Assembly: GCA_965261595.1 (NCBI GenBank)
Contig: CBDHDG010000007.1
Location: 1-64,000 of the forward strand
DNA length: 64,000 nt
Reading direction: 5' to 3'
From: a bacterium
GTDB taxonomy: Bacteria > UBA8248 > JACPRG01 > G963555815
Below are positions 1 through 10,412 of this stretch, one piece after another. The translations under genes were made by a program, and so were the position numbers. The notes beneath the pieces were generated by a model. It did not search any database, was not told the DNA's origin, and saw nothing but the letters and a program-made list of their open reading frames with translations. Within the stretch, counting starts at the first letter, position 1. Each line of letters opens with the position of its first letter.

Positions 1-192
1 GGAGCGGATGACGGATTCCGCGCAGGACGTAACGGATGAGTTTTATCGCCGTTTGGAGGAGGTGTTCGATGAGCCGGCGCTGGTTCAGTTGACGGCCGGG
101 ATTGCGATGGAGAATTTCCGGAGCAAGTTCAACGTGAGCTTCCGCGTCGAGTCCAATGGACTTTACCCCCTTGCCCCCCCGGCGGCGGATGA
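1..192 (+). CDS. Carboxymuconolactone decarboxylase/AhpD-like protein, C-terminal part (5' end outside window; 3' end uncertain)
   Basis: DVTDEFYRRLEEVFDEPALVQLTAGIAMENFRSKFN resembles the CMD C-terminus. A hairpin at 223-250 suggests the real stop is TGA 190-192, after an indel in the C-runs at 166-180. Confidence 0.6.
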
Positions 193-222
193 TGTCGGGA
201 GGCCGCGTCTCGGAAAAGAAAA

Positions 223-250
223 CGGGCGCCCCCCGGCTGGAGGGTGCCCG
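223..250. terminator. Probable terminator hairpin between convergent genes
   Basis: cgggcgccccc...gagggtgcccg stem with an A-tract on its left (U-tract on the - strand). Confidence 0.5.
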
Positions 251-274
251 TCCCCGCTTCGTTCGTTCCCGGAA

Positions 275-773
275 TTACTTCGCCTCATCTTCTTCATGTA
301 TTGGGTGAGCGCCGTGACGTCCTGCCAGATCAGCCGGCCGATGGCGCTGGTGCTGTAGACCGGCCACCGCAATCTTGCCGTCCGGGCGGATGACGTAATT
401 CGTCGTATGGACGATGTTGCGGTCGGGCTCGTAGAACGCCCCCAGCTGGTCGGAGACCTTCGCCGGGTCGAGGCCGTGCGCGACCGGGAAGTTCAAGTCC
501 CACTCGCTCGCGATCTTTTGGGTGTTCTCGATCGTGTCGCTGGAAGCGGCCACGACGCTGATGCCTTCTTCCTTCAACTTGTCCGAGGCCCGTGCGTAGG
601 CGGCTAACTGCGCCTTGCAGTACGGTCAGAAATAGCCGCGAAAAATCAGGACGACCTTCCAGCCGTCCCCCCATGTCGCCGGGAACGTTGATCGTCCCGC
701 CGTCGGGGAGGTTCCAGGAAAGGTTTGGAAACGTGTCTCCGGTGTCGAGCGGCTTGGATTCGGATCTGGCCAT
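275..773 (-). CDS. AhpC/TSA peroxiredoxin-like protein, probable selenoprotein (UxxC), with apparent frameshifts
   Basis: Joining frames at the G6 run (~667-672) gives MARSESKPLDTGDTFP...GWKVVLIFRGYF-TGA-PYCKAQL...VVAASSD...YVIRPDGKI. TGA lies at 628-626. A second shift near 362 leads into VYSTSAIGRL. Confidence 0.7.
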
Positions 774-908
774 GGATTAGGCTCCTTCACGCGATAGAAA
801 ACCCGGTTTGAGGCTGTGTCCCGCCCTCACTTTTCCAATGTTCGTCCCTGAAGAATATTCCCGGCCGGGTGGTTTTTCATCTCCGGTCAGGCCCGGCCGC
901 CGCTTCCT

Positions 909-1514
909 TCAGTTGTGCTGGCTCGGGGGGATGATGGTGATGCCCTCGGAGTCCTCCAGATAGCGGACGAAGTGATACTTGTCCTCGAGTCCGTCGAATT
1001 TTTTTCGGGGAAGCCCTTCTTCGACCCCCGGTTCGATCTTGGCGACGACGAAGTGGAGCCGCTTGTCGGACAGCGCCTCATCCGCCGCTTCCCGAAGCTC
1101 GCCCTCGGTGCGCACCGTCCGGGCCTCGGTGATTCCGGCGCCGCGGGCCATGTCGGCCAGGTCGACGCCCCCCGAGGTGTGCGTCGGCGGACCGCCGATG
1201 CATTCATAGATTTCATTGTCGAAACAGAAGATCTTGAGGTTCTCGGGCTGTTGGTTGCCCAGGGTGGCGAAGATCCCGAGGTTCATCAGGGCGCTGCCGT
1301 CCGTCTCCAGGCATACGATGTTGCGCTCAGGCAGGCCCACGGCCACGCCGAACGCCACGGGCATGTGGCATCCCAGACTCATCAGGAACAGGCTGTTGCC
1401 GCGGGGCTCGGGGCGGATGTGGTGCCACTCGTCCACGATGCCCCCAAGCGAGACGATACAGACCTCCTCTTTCATCTTCTCGGCGATGACTTTCAGGGCT
1501 TGGTATCGGGTCAA
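909..1514 (-). CDS. TPP-dependent decarboxylase beta subunit (sulfopyruvate decarboxylase ComE-like)
   Basis: ETDGSALMNLG...FDNEIY TPP-binding motif; overlaps the stop of the alpha subunit. Confidence 0.8.
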   Translation of the reverse strand: MTRYQALKVIAEKMKEEVCIVSLGGIVDEWHHIRPEPRGNSLFLMSLGCHMPVAFGVAVGLPERNIVCLETDGSALMNLGIFATLGNQQPENLKIFCFDNEIYECIGGPPTHTSGGVDLADMARGAGITEARTVRTEGELREAADEALSDKRLHFVVAKIEPGVEEGLPRKKFDGLEDKYHFVRYLEDSEGITIIPPSQHN

Positions 1515-2015
1515 TTCTCGATCACCTCTCCGCTGAAGACGACGGCCGTGTGGTATTTGGAGGTGTCCGCGGAACGCCGCGCGTTGGTGATGGCCTTGAC
1601 GATGTCTTCATCCTTCCGGACCACCACGTAGGGGATGCGAAGTGCGTTCAAAAGGGGCTCCATGGTGATCCCGTGGGGGATTCCCCACCAGTTGGGGCTC
1701 TCCCAGGTCGCCGCGGTAGCTCATGAGGAGGACGACGGGGATTCCATGGGTCAGGCCCAAGCGGGAGAGGGATTCGGTGGCCATGCGCAGTCCCGAGTTC
1801 TCCATGATCATGACGGCCTTCTGGCCGGTCAACCAGACCCCCGCCGCGATGGAGGTTCCCTCCCCCTCGTTGGTGACGGGGATGTAGCGGAAGTCGGGGT
1901 CCTCCAGCGCCTTGACGTAAACGGGTTTCAGGTGGGACTCGGGCAGGGCGCAAATGACGCTCACCCCCGCCTCTTTCAGCCCTCGAATGATCAGATCCGC
2001 GCTGCTCTCTTTCAA
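1511..2015 (-). CDS. TPP-dependent decarboxylase alpha subunit (ComD-like), frameshift near 1690
   Basis: ALPES, VTNEGEG, MENSG, SYRGDLGE motifs; TTG start with RBS; the C-terminus continues in another frame to TGA 1513-1511. Confidence 0.75.
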
Positions 2016-2561
2016 CTCTGCGTCTCCCGCGTATGCCGTTTTGCCGCCGCCCGGTTTCTGGAATCGCGCGATGGTTATGCGAAAGAGAATCATACTCGAT
2101 GCGGCCTTGAAGTCGCAAATGACTTCTCCCCCCGTCCCCCAATTGATTGAGGCCCATCCCGGCCGTGTGGTAGGGTGAGCGCGGTCGTGTCGGGCGAGTC
2201 GACCGCCGGTTTGTTCACGGGTCAACTTCACCCTGTGCGTCCGGCGGGCTTTCCCGCGCGGCCCTCGTCACGCCCCGCTATTCGCTCGATGAATGAATCC
2301 GGCGCGACCCGCGACGGATTTCAGAACCGTAGAAACGGAGTCTTGTCCGGTTGCGGTAAGGAGCCAGGCGGCGGAGCCTCGTCCCCAATTTAAAATGGGC
2401 GCCCCTCAGGCGAGCGGGTTTTCTTCGAGGTCTCCGGCGCGCGCCCTCGGCCCGCGGCGGACAGGCGTTCAGCGAAGGGGTGATCCGGAGCCGATCCGGA
2501 CCATGGATTCGGCCGTGTTATTGGGTGGAACGCTCGTTGAAAATTTCTCCAGGGAGGCAAT

Positions 2562-3892
2562 GTGTTGATGAAATCGACGAATTTCGCTGCAGAAGGCGTT
2601 TCGGCCGGAACACCCAACATCTTCGATGGCGCGGTCCAACGGCTTGAAAACGCACTGAACTACGTAGCGTTCTCAGATGGGGTTCCCGAGATTCTCCTTC
2701 ACCCCGAGGCCTCTCTCATGGTGTCCATCCGGGTGAGGATGGACGACGGCTCTTTGAAGATCTTCCCGGGGTATCGTGTACGCCACAGCACCGTCCGCGG
2801 ACCGGCCAAGGGGGGGATCCGCTTCCACCCCGCCGTCGATTTGGACGAAGTCACCACCCTTGCTTTCTGGATGACCTTCAAGTGCGCTTTGCTGAACCTG
2901 CCCTTCGGAGGGGGCAAGGGCGGCGTGGCCGTGGACCCCAAGGCTCTTTCGCGAATGGAGCTGGAGCGCTTGTCCAGGGGATACATGCGGGCCATTGTGG
3001 ACTTTATCGGCCGGAGATCGATATCCCCGCGCCGGATGTCTACACCAATCCGACCATCATGGCCTGGATGTCGAGGGAATATAACCGGATGAAGGGGCAC
3101 AACACCCCCAGCGTCATCACGGGAAAGCCCGTGGCCCTGGGCGGGAGCCTGGGCCGGGAAGACGCCACGGCCCGGGGCGGTTACGAGATCCTCCAGGACC
3201 TTGCGGAACGAAAGGGCTTGAAACCCGAGCAGACAACCGTCGCCATCCAGGGATACGGGAACGCCGGATACCACATCGCCCGCATTCTCAACGCCGACGG
3301 GTACCGCGTCGTAGCGGTGAGCGATTCCCGCCGGGCCTTCTACTGCGAGGGGGGAATCGAACCGGAGGCGGTGCAGGCGCACAAGGCCGCCGAAGGGGTG
3401 GTTGGGCCGGTGAAGCGTCAGGGAGATCGGTTGATCGAGGTGAGCCATCGGGAAATCACCAACGAGGAGTTGCTGGAGTTGGACGTGGACATCCTCATCC
3501 CGGCCGCGTTGGAAAGCGTCATCACCACGAAGAATGCCGGGCGGATCAAGGCCCAGTACATCCTCGAGTTGGCCAACGGTCCCATCATCCCCGAGGCGGA
3601 TCCCATTCTCAAGTCCCGGGGTGTGACGGTGTTCCCCGATATTCTGGCCAACGCGGGCGGGGTGACGGTGAGCTACTTCGAGTGGGTCCAGAACCGGACG
3701 GGGCTTTATTGGAGTCTTGAAGAGGTTCACCAGAGGCTTCGCGAGCGCATGGTGGGCGAGTACCGCAAGGTCGAGGCCGTCGCCGCCGACGCCGACCTGG
3801 ACAACCGGACCGCCGCTTACATCCTCGCCCTCCGGCGGCTCGGAGAGGCCATCGAATCCCTCGGGACGAAAGAATATTTCGCCCCCAAATGA
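2562..3892 (+). CDS. gdhA: Glu/Leu/Phe/Val (glutamate) dehydrogenase, frameshift near 3010
   Basis: [44 protein letters not shown] across ORFs 2562-3092 and 2882-3892. Confidence 0.9.
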
Positions 3893-4227
3893 GTTTTTAT
3901 TTCATGCGGCATGATTGATTCCCATTGGCGGAGAAAGGTTCGCCGCTGAGATTCAAAAGGGCGGATGAATTTAGCCTGTTCCCGCTTTTTTGAGACCGGC
4001 TGAATTCCACTTCATTCTTCCGTTGGCTTTTCATTGGTTTCGAGGGGAGGTTTTCCGAGGATCGGTAGGGTGTGACACCTATTTGTTCATGGATCGAATT
4101 CTCCCCCCCCCTCCCCCATCGTCGCGTTTTCCTGCGTTCTCCCTTTTCAATAAAAGATGTTTGGGTGCGGTATCGCCGGAACCCGGACCTTCGGGCCGAT
4201 CCGGACACCCCGCCGGCTCGGAAGGCG

Positions 4228-4746
4228 TTATCGATAGCTCGGCTTGTTGATCCGGTTTTTCAGGGCTTCTTCAACTTTCGTGACCAGGATGTCGCCGCTG
4301 AAGGGCTTGACCAGGTACTCGTCGGCGCCCGCTTTGATGGAATCCATCCCGATGTGGTCCCGATCGTTCAGGCCGGTCATCATGATCACGATCGGAGGCT
4401 GGACGATGTTCACGTTCACTTTAATGTACCGACAGACCGACACGCCGTCGATGTCGGGCATCATGATGTCCAGCAATATCAGGTCCGGTCTCAGCCTCGT
4501 CACGGTTTTCAGCGCCAATATGCCGTTGATGGCCTCACACACTTCCATCCCGTTCATCGTGAGGTGGGTCCGGACGATGGCGCGCATGTCTTGGTCATCA
4601 TCCACGATCATCACCCTTTTTTTGCTGCCCGGCTCCCAGTTGTCCTTGAGGCGGGTGAACATGTTGTCGATATTGGATTGTTCCACCATCCCGTAGCCGT
4701 TGGTTTCAGACACCTCTTGGACCTGCCCATTCTCTTGATCTTTCAT
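4228..4746 (-). CDS. Response regulator receiver protein
   Basis: IVDDD, LLDIMMPDIDG, GADEYLVKPF. Confidence 0.85.
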   Translation of the reverse strand: MKDQENGQVQEVSETNGYGMVEQSNIDNMFTRLKDNWEPGSKKRVMIVDDDQDMRAIVRTHLTMNGMEVCEAINGILALKTVTRLRPDLILLDIMMPDIDGVSVCRYIKVNVNIVQPPIVIMMTGLNDRDHIGMDSIKAGADEYLVKPFSGDILVTKVEEALKNRINKPSYR

Positions 4747-5186
4747 GTGCGGGTTCCCTTTCGAGCCGGGCCCTGAAGGCCTGCGTAAAAGATTTCCAAA
4801 GCGGCGGCGTCCACTTTTGAGCCTTGCCCTCTTGCGTTAACGGCTGATATTTCCCAAAGGAAGAAATCCTCTGGGTAATGGGCTATTGGCTTAGGATATA
4901 TCACCTATTCAATAGTTGCTTATCGGGAATTTATTTGGACTTCTTGAGCCTGAATTGAATTTTGGGGAAGCGCGAGACTGAACTCTCCCCCGAAAGCGAG
5001 GCCCGGTTCGCCTCATGGCGGGGAGATGGCGGCCTGGCGGGGGAAAGAGACGCCCCATCGCGATGAAAAGTCAACTATTCATTGTCAGTTCATGTATCCT
5101 AACCGCGAATTCGCAACAAGGTATCCAATGGGTGGATACACAGGCGGTGAGTGACCGCATATGCAATGAGGTGGGAGAAACCATCC

Positions 5187-6668
5187 ATGGCGGGTGTGGA
5201 CCTTCTGGTGAAAAACGGAAAAGTCGTCCTTCCTTCAGGTGTAATTGAAGGCGGGGTCGCCATCGACGGGGAGAAAATTGTCGCCGTAGGGCAGGGGAAT
5301 GGTCTGCCGGAGGGCCGGAAGGTTATCGACGCGAAGGGAATGTATATCCTGCCCGGCGTGATCGACCCTCACGCCCACCCCGGCGGGAAGTATGACCTGG
5401 GAGACGACTGGAAGACGGAGTCCCCGGGGGCCGCGGCCGGCGGCGTCACGACGGTCGGGGCCATCGTTCGCGTCCCCCGAATGGGTCAGAAGCCCTTCAA
5501 AGAGCTTCCCGGCCCGGAAGACGTCATCTCCTGGCTGGACGCCTTTGATCTGGGAAAAAAGGTCAGCGAGGAAAACTCCCTCGTCGATTTCTTCTTCACG
5601 CCGACGTTGAACTCCATGCAGCACGCCGAAGAGATCCCGCAGTACTACGACAAGCTCGGGATCACCTCGTACAAATACCACGGCAACCTCAAGGTCCACG
5701 CCGACAACCCCGTGAGCCCGAAGTGGTCCGCCCGGATCGGGATTCCCCTGCCCTTTGACGACACCCTCGCCTATTTGATGTTCGAGGAGTCCGGGAAGCT
5801 CGGCCCCATGACGCACGTCGCGGTCCATAGCGAGAACGTCGAAATCGCCAAAATCTTCACCGAGCGTCTTCAGGCCGCCGGCCGGACGGACTCCGGGGCC
5901 TGGGCGGACCGGATTCCCGAGTGGCTGGAAGCGGAGCACATCAGCCGGTACAGCTATTTCGCCAAGGTGACCGGGTCCACCCATTACGTTCTCCACCTCA
6001 GCACCTCGGCGGGGCTGGAGGAGTGCATCCGCCAAAAGGAGGACGGGGTCAGCATCCTGGTTGAAACCTGTCCCCAGTATCTTCTGGTTTCGGCCTACGC
6101 GGAGTTTCCGGGCCTTCTCACCAAGGTGAATCCTCCCCTTCGCGATCCGGAGGTCCATGAGCGGCTCTGGGCAGGTCTGGCGGACGGGGACATCGAGATC
6201 ATGGGGACGGACCATGTCGTGACAAGCCTCCATGAGAAGCTTGTCAAGGGAGACACCTCCGACCATGACGGCGATCCGGCGAAAGACATCTGGGAGACCG
6301 GCTCCGGCATGGTGGGGTGGGACTTCCTGCTTCCCCTGATGCTGAGCGAGGGGGTGAACAAGGGCCGGATCTCGATGGGGCGCCTGGTCGAGGTCTGCTG
6401 TGAAAACCCCGCCCGGGCCTGCGCCATTTATCCCAGAAAGGGCGTCATCGCACCAGGATCCGACGGGGACCTAGTTGTCGTGGACATGGATGTCACGCGC
6501 ACAATCAAGGCCGATATGCTCCGTTCCAAGGCCGACTTCAGCATCTATGAAGGCATGGAGGTGACCGGCTGGCCCGTCACGACCATCCTCCGGGGAGAGG
6601 TCATCTACGACGACGGCCAAGTCACGGACCGAAAGGGCGGCGGCAAGTATCTGCGCCGGCCTTGCTGA
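5187..6668 (+). CDS. Cyclic amidohydrolase (dihydroorotase/allantoinase/dihydropyrimidinase family)
   Basis: PGVIDPHAH, AAGGVTT, HSEN, LHLS, KVNPPLR, GTDH, GSDGDLV. Confidence 0.85.
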   Translation: MAGVDLLVKNGKVVLPSGVIEGGVAIDGEKIVAVGQGNGLPEGRKVIDAKGMYILPGVIDPHAHPGGKYDLGDDWKTESPGAAAGGVTTVGAIVRVPRMGQKPFKELPGPEDVISWLDAFDLGKKVSEENSLVDFFFTPTLNSMQHAEEIPQYYDKLGITSYKYHGNLKVHADNPVSPKWSARIGIPLPFDDTLAYLMFEESGKLGPMTHVAVHSENVEIAKIFTERLQAAGRTDSGAWADRIPEWLEAEHISRYSYFAKVTGSTHYVLHLSTSAGLEECIRQKEDGVSILVETCPQYLLVSAYAEFPGLLTKVNPPLRDPEVHERLWAGLADGDIEIMGTDHVVTSLHEKLVKGDTSDHDGDPAKDIWETGSGMVGWDFLLPLMLSEGVNKGRISMGRLVEVCCENPARACAIYPRKGVIAPGSDGDLVVVDMDVTRTIKADMLRSKADFSIYEGMEVTGWPVTTILRGEVIYDDGQVTDRKGGGKYLRRPC

Positions 6669-6779
6669 TTCATGCTCGTAGGCGCGACGGATTCGGACGC
6701 ATGGCGCCGTAATCGCCTTCTCTGATCTGCCGGGATCATTCTTCGCGGTCTTCGGACCGGAATCGTTAAAAGAAAATCG

Positions 6780-7850
6780 ATGGGACTTGTCTGGGATTTG
6801 ATGGAGGGGGCCCGAAACTGTGTGCGCGGCTATGCCTGTGTCCAGCCGGGGGAGCAGGTCGTCCTTTGGACGGACCGTTCCGGCGAAGCGCATCCCGACG
6901 TTGTGGAAGCCTTCGGGACGGCGGTCGAGGAGGCCGGCGCCGAGGCTGTTCTTCTCTGCTCAAAGGCCGTTATCCACCGTCTGAAGCAACCCCTCCAGAA
7001 GCCCGTCCTCTCCGCGATCCGCGAGGCCGACGTCATCTTGAGCTTTCATGGGCTCGAGAACGCGGCAACGCTCCACAATAATGACGTGGCCCAGGTGGTT
7101 TTCTACACCCCGACCCGGAACGTGGCGGTCATCAGCCTGACGCCCGAGCTGCTGGCCTCGGAGTGGGCGCGGTTTCCGGCCGAGCTTGTATTCAGGATCT
7201 ATCAGAAAGTCCGCGAGCAGGCCCTCTCGTCCGGGACGGATGTCTTCCGCGTTACCGATGAGCACGGGACCGACTTCACGGGCCGCATCGCCTACCGGGC
7301 CGGTTTCAAGTTCGTGGACCCGCCCAAGCAATGGCAATTCTTCCCGGGCGGGGAGATGGCGGAGCTTCCGGACCCCCCCGTGAACGGGACCCTGGTCTTC
7401 GAGCAGCTCGAAGGGTTTGAAGGTTTCCTGAAAGAGCCCATTCGGCTCACGATCGAAAACCAATGGGTCACCCGCGTCGAGGGGGGCGAGGAGGCCCGCT
7501 GGTTTGAAGACCGGATGAAGCGCTACGAGAACGGCAATTTCTTTTGCGAGCTGGCTATCGGCGTGAGCCCCAAGGCCCCGGTTTCCGCCGGGCTCAAGAC
7601 GAGAGGCATGGACACGATCACCCACAGGCGCGCGGGCTCCTTCCACTGTGCGGTGGGAAAGTGGGCCAATCCGGACTCCCAAGTGGACAGCGGTTGGCAC
7701 TGGGACGGCGGAGGGCTCCGGCCCACGCTGACGATGGGGGAGGTCGAGTTGATCCGCGGGGGAAGGCTGACGGCTCTCGACGACCCGGAGGTCCGGGCGT
7801 TCGCCTCCCGGTACGGCCACCCGGACGACGTCCTGGCCGAGGTGTGGTGA
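6780..7850 (+). CDS. M29 aminopeptidase / NicX-fold metalloprotein
   Basis: GTDF, FPGGE, NGTLVF, EPIRLTIEN, CELAIG, FHCAVG, HWDG pattern. Confidence 0.6.
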   Translation: MGLVWDLMEGARNCVRGYACVQPGEQVVLWTDRSGEAHPDVVEAFGTAVEEAGAEAVLLCSKAVIHRLKQPLQKPVLSAIREADVILSFHGLENAATLHNNDVAQVVFYTPTRNVAVISLTPELLASEWARFPAELVFRIYQKVREQALSSGTDVFRVTDEHGTDFTGRIAYRAGFKFVDPPKQWQFFPGGEMAELPDPPVNGTLVFEQLEGFEGFLKEPIRLTIENQWVTRVEGGEEARWFEDRMKRYENGNFFCELAIGVSPKAPVSAGLKTRGMDTITHRRAGSFHCAVGKWANPDSQVDSGWHWDGGGLRPTLTMGEVELIRGGRLTALDDPEVRAFASRYGHPDDVLAEVW

Positions 7851-7993
7851 AGGGAGATCGGCTCTTCTCCATTTGGGACAACCCCGTTCGGCGCCGCCAA
7901 AAAAAGTTGATGATTCACGGATTGCGGCGAAGGCCCTGCGAGGGCCATCGAAACTGAAGGCGGGCCTGGACGGATCCCGGGGAGGGACGTTTC

Positions 7994-8728
7994 ATGTATG
8001 GGTGGCGAGCGCTCATTGGTCTGGTGCAGCCGAGCGGCGGCCCCGTCGCGGAAGAAGAATTCAGGATGGCGGCGCCGGAGGGCGTGTCTTTCGTCACCAC
8101 GAGGATGTACATCGAGGAGGTGTCCTCGGAGGGCCTGGAGCGGATGCTCACCCAGGTGGAGCGCGCCGCGCGCGAAATCGCGATCATGAAGGCCGACGCC
8201 CTGGTTCTTTGCGGAACGCCGACGGGGTTTTTCAGGGGCCAGGCGTATAACCTCGCGTTGACCGACCGTCTTCGGGAGGCGTCCGGGTTGCCGAGCGTCA
8301 CGATGGCCACCGCTGTCGTGGAGGCGATGCGCCGGCTGGGCCTGCGAAAGATCGCCGCCGCCACGGCGTACACCGATGAGTTGAATCAACGGCTTCGGGC
8401 GTTCCTGGAGGAAGCGGATTTCCAGGTTTTGGCTGTCGAAGGGCTCCGCCAGCGGTACAATTGGGATATCGCCCGAATGCCGCCGACCGGCGCCTACAGT
8501 CTGACCAAGGAGGTGGCCCGGAAAGTCAAAGACGCGGACGGGATTTTGATCTGCTCCGGCGCCCTTCGGACGTTCGAGGTGATCGACTTGCTGGAGCGGG
8601 ATCTCGGTCTTCCCGTGGTGACGAGCAACCAGGCGGGCCTCTGGGCCGGACTCCGGCTGGGGAGCGTGAGAGAAACCGTCCGGGGTTTCGGCAGTCTCCT
8701 GACGACCTTAGGGAAAAGCGGGGACTGA
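7994..8728 (+). CDS. Asp/Glu racemase family (maleate cis-trans isomerase/arylmalonate decarboxylase-like)
   Basis: GWRALIGLVQPS, TAYTDELN, LERDLGLPVVTSNQA. Confidence 0.85.
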   Translation: MYGWRALIGLVQPSGGPVAEEEFRMAAPEGVSFVTTRMYIEEVSSEGLERMLTQVERAAREIAIMKADALVLCGTPTGFFRGQAYNLALTDRLREASGLPSVTMATAVVEAMRRLGLRKIAAATAYTDELNQRLRAFLEEADFQVLAVEGLRQRYNWDIARMPPTGAYSLTKEVARKVKDADGILICSGALRTFEVIDLLERDLGLPVVTSNQAGLWAGLRLGSVRETVRGFGSLLTTLGKSGD

Positions 8729-8745
8729 CCCGCGTCTGTCGAAAT

Positions 8746-9653
8746 CGGAATTATGTACTTGACGCAGACGACCACAACATGTAGATCGTCCCCGCGTCTC
8801 GGCTGACCACAAGATGTAGGGGCATGCTTCAACTCAAGTCATGGTGGAGTTGGATTCGCAATTATGCGCTTGACTCAACCGAAGAGGGATCATACAATGA
8901 CTGAATCATGCTCAATTGGCTTCGCAAAGTCGCCCTCTTTTTGGCGGGTGAATTACTGCGGAGCTGGATATGGCCCATTGCGGTCACGGCGGCTGGCGTC
9001 ACGATCGGTTTTGCGCAACATATCCAGTTGTTCAACCTATATGTTGGAGCGGTCATTCTGTTTTCAGTTTCCTCTATGGGATTGTTGCGATTCAGCGAAT
9101 GGCGGTATCGTAATAGAGTTGCGGATATGCTTAACTTTCATAGTGTGAGAACTGACAGAATAATCGACAAAGCTGGTGTAGTAAAATCACTGCGGATTGG
9201 TGCTACGTTTAACAACAAAGCTCTTTTCCCGGTGACATTTGAGGTTGTAAATGTCGTCTCAACATTTGATAAGTTGTACCCGACAAAAGAGCCATATGCC
9301 AAGAATAGCTATACCATCCCTGCAGGAGGGATGGGGTGGTTTGACGATCACTACATATCCTATAGAGCAGAAGAGAAGCGGCGTTTTTGAGGGCGGTCTT
9401 GAATTTGAGTTTAAGTACGGAAGAAAAGGAAAAACCAACAACACATTGCATATAAACAAAAAGTTGTTTTTACACTTCAATGAAAAGGGCGATATTCAGC
9501 GCGTGGATTTTATCGATCAATGAAACCGAACGATCTGATAGAGCGCATCTTCTGGAAACGGATCGATGGAAGCATGCCCCTACATCTTGTGGTCAGCCGA
9601 GACGCGGGCGCGACCTACATGTTGTGGTCGTCTGTGTCAAGTATATAAATACG
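8746..9653 (+). mobile_element. Non-autonomous 908-bp cassette (MIC-like, probably IS1595-family derived), copy 1
   Basis: 85-bp TIRs at 8746-8830 and 9569-9653 (78/85 identical); AT-rich passenger; no transposase; near-identical inverted copy at 29393-30300. Confidence 0.85.
8908..9523 (+). CDS. Passenger gene: membrane-anchored hypothetical protein, split into ORFs 8908-9390 and a C-terminal frame ending 9523
   Basis: Two N-terminal hydrophobic segments; AT-rich; a plausible C-terminus continues in the shifted frame after ~9350. Confidence 0.6.
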
Positions 9654-9723
9654 ATTTGATTGCCCGGAGGTGGGGCATTCCGCCTGAGCGAACTCCAACG
9701 AAGCGTCTCAAGTTTGGAGTGAC

Positions 9724-10251
9724 ATGAGAAAATTCAATCTCATTGATTTCTCCATTTTCATCGGCCTGGGTTTGGCGGGAGCCCTCTCTTACTTCGGATA
9801 CCAGATTTACTCCGCAAGATTTCAGGAACTCTTGAAATTCGAAGAAAAGGAGGAAAACAGGGTCCGGCTCTCCCAGGGCTTCAGCAGGGCGAAGCCGGTG
9901 CACATTTCGTTCATCCTCCAATCGAAACTGCCGGCCTATCTCCGCCGCTCGGTGGCCCCGGGCGACAAGGAGAACCGAGAGGTCTATCAGGAATATCCCA
10001 TGAGCCTCCTGGCCATGGAACCGATTCCCGCCGGAAGGGACGCGCACCTCCTGCTTTTCGGCGGCAAGGCCGCAGAGACCTCTTCCGGGTTGATTTTGAC
10101 CGGTTTGAAACGTCCCGTCCGGCTCGGAGAGCGGTTTCGGTTCTCGACCAAAAAATATCGGCTTTCGGGAGTCATTGTCCGAATCTTTCGCGGCCAGATC
10201 GACCCGCGGGATTTTCCGGACATCGCGCGGCGGATGCTGAACCCATTATGA
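9724..10251 (+). CDS. Hypothetical protein with N-terminal membrane anchor
   Basis: RBS ggag; FNLIDFSIFIGLGLAG hydrophobic N-terminus. Confidence 0.55.
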   Translation: MRKFNLIDFSIFIGLGLAGALSYFGYQIYSARFQELLKFEEKEENRVRLSQGFSRAKPVHISFILQSKLPAYLRRSVAPGDKENREVYQEYPMSLLAMEPIPAGRDAHLLLFGGKAAETSSGLILTGLKRPVRLGERFRFSTKKYRLSGVIVRIFRGQIDPRDFPDIARRMLNPL

Positions 10252-10412
10252 GCCCCGAACCATTCCGATCCGCGAGGATTGAAAACTTTCCGCACCCTTC
10301 CGGCCGGACAGGCATCTAAAGCAAAGACCCTCAAGAAGCGCCCGGTCAAGCGGCAAGCCGGAGTCAGGGGGGCCGGCGGGAAACCGAAACCCGCAATTCA
10401 ACAAGGAAAAGG

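Noticed and set aside
8771..8822. CRISPR mini-array from the repeated accacaa.atgtag units
   Set aside because: Only two 14-bp units per site, lying within TIRs; no cas genes.
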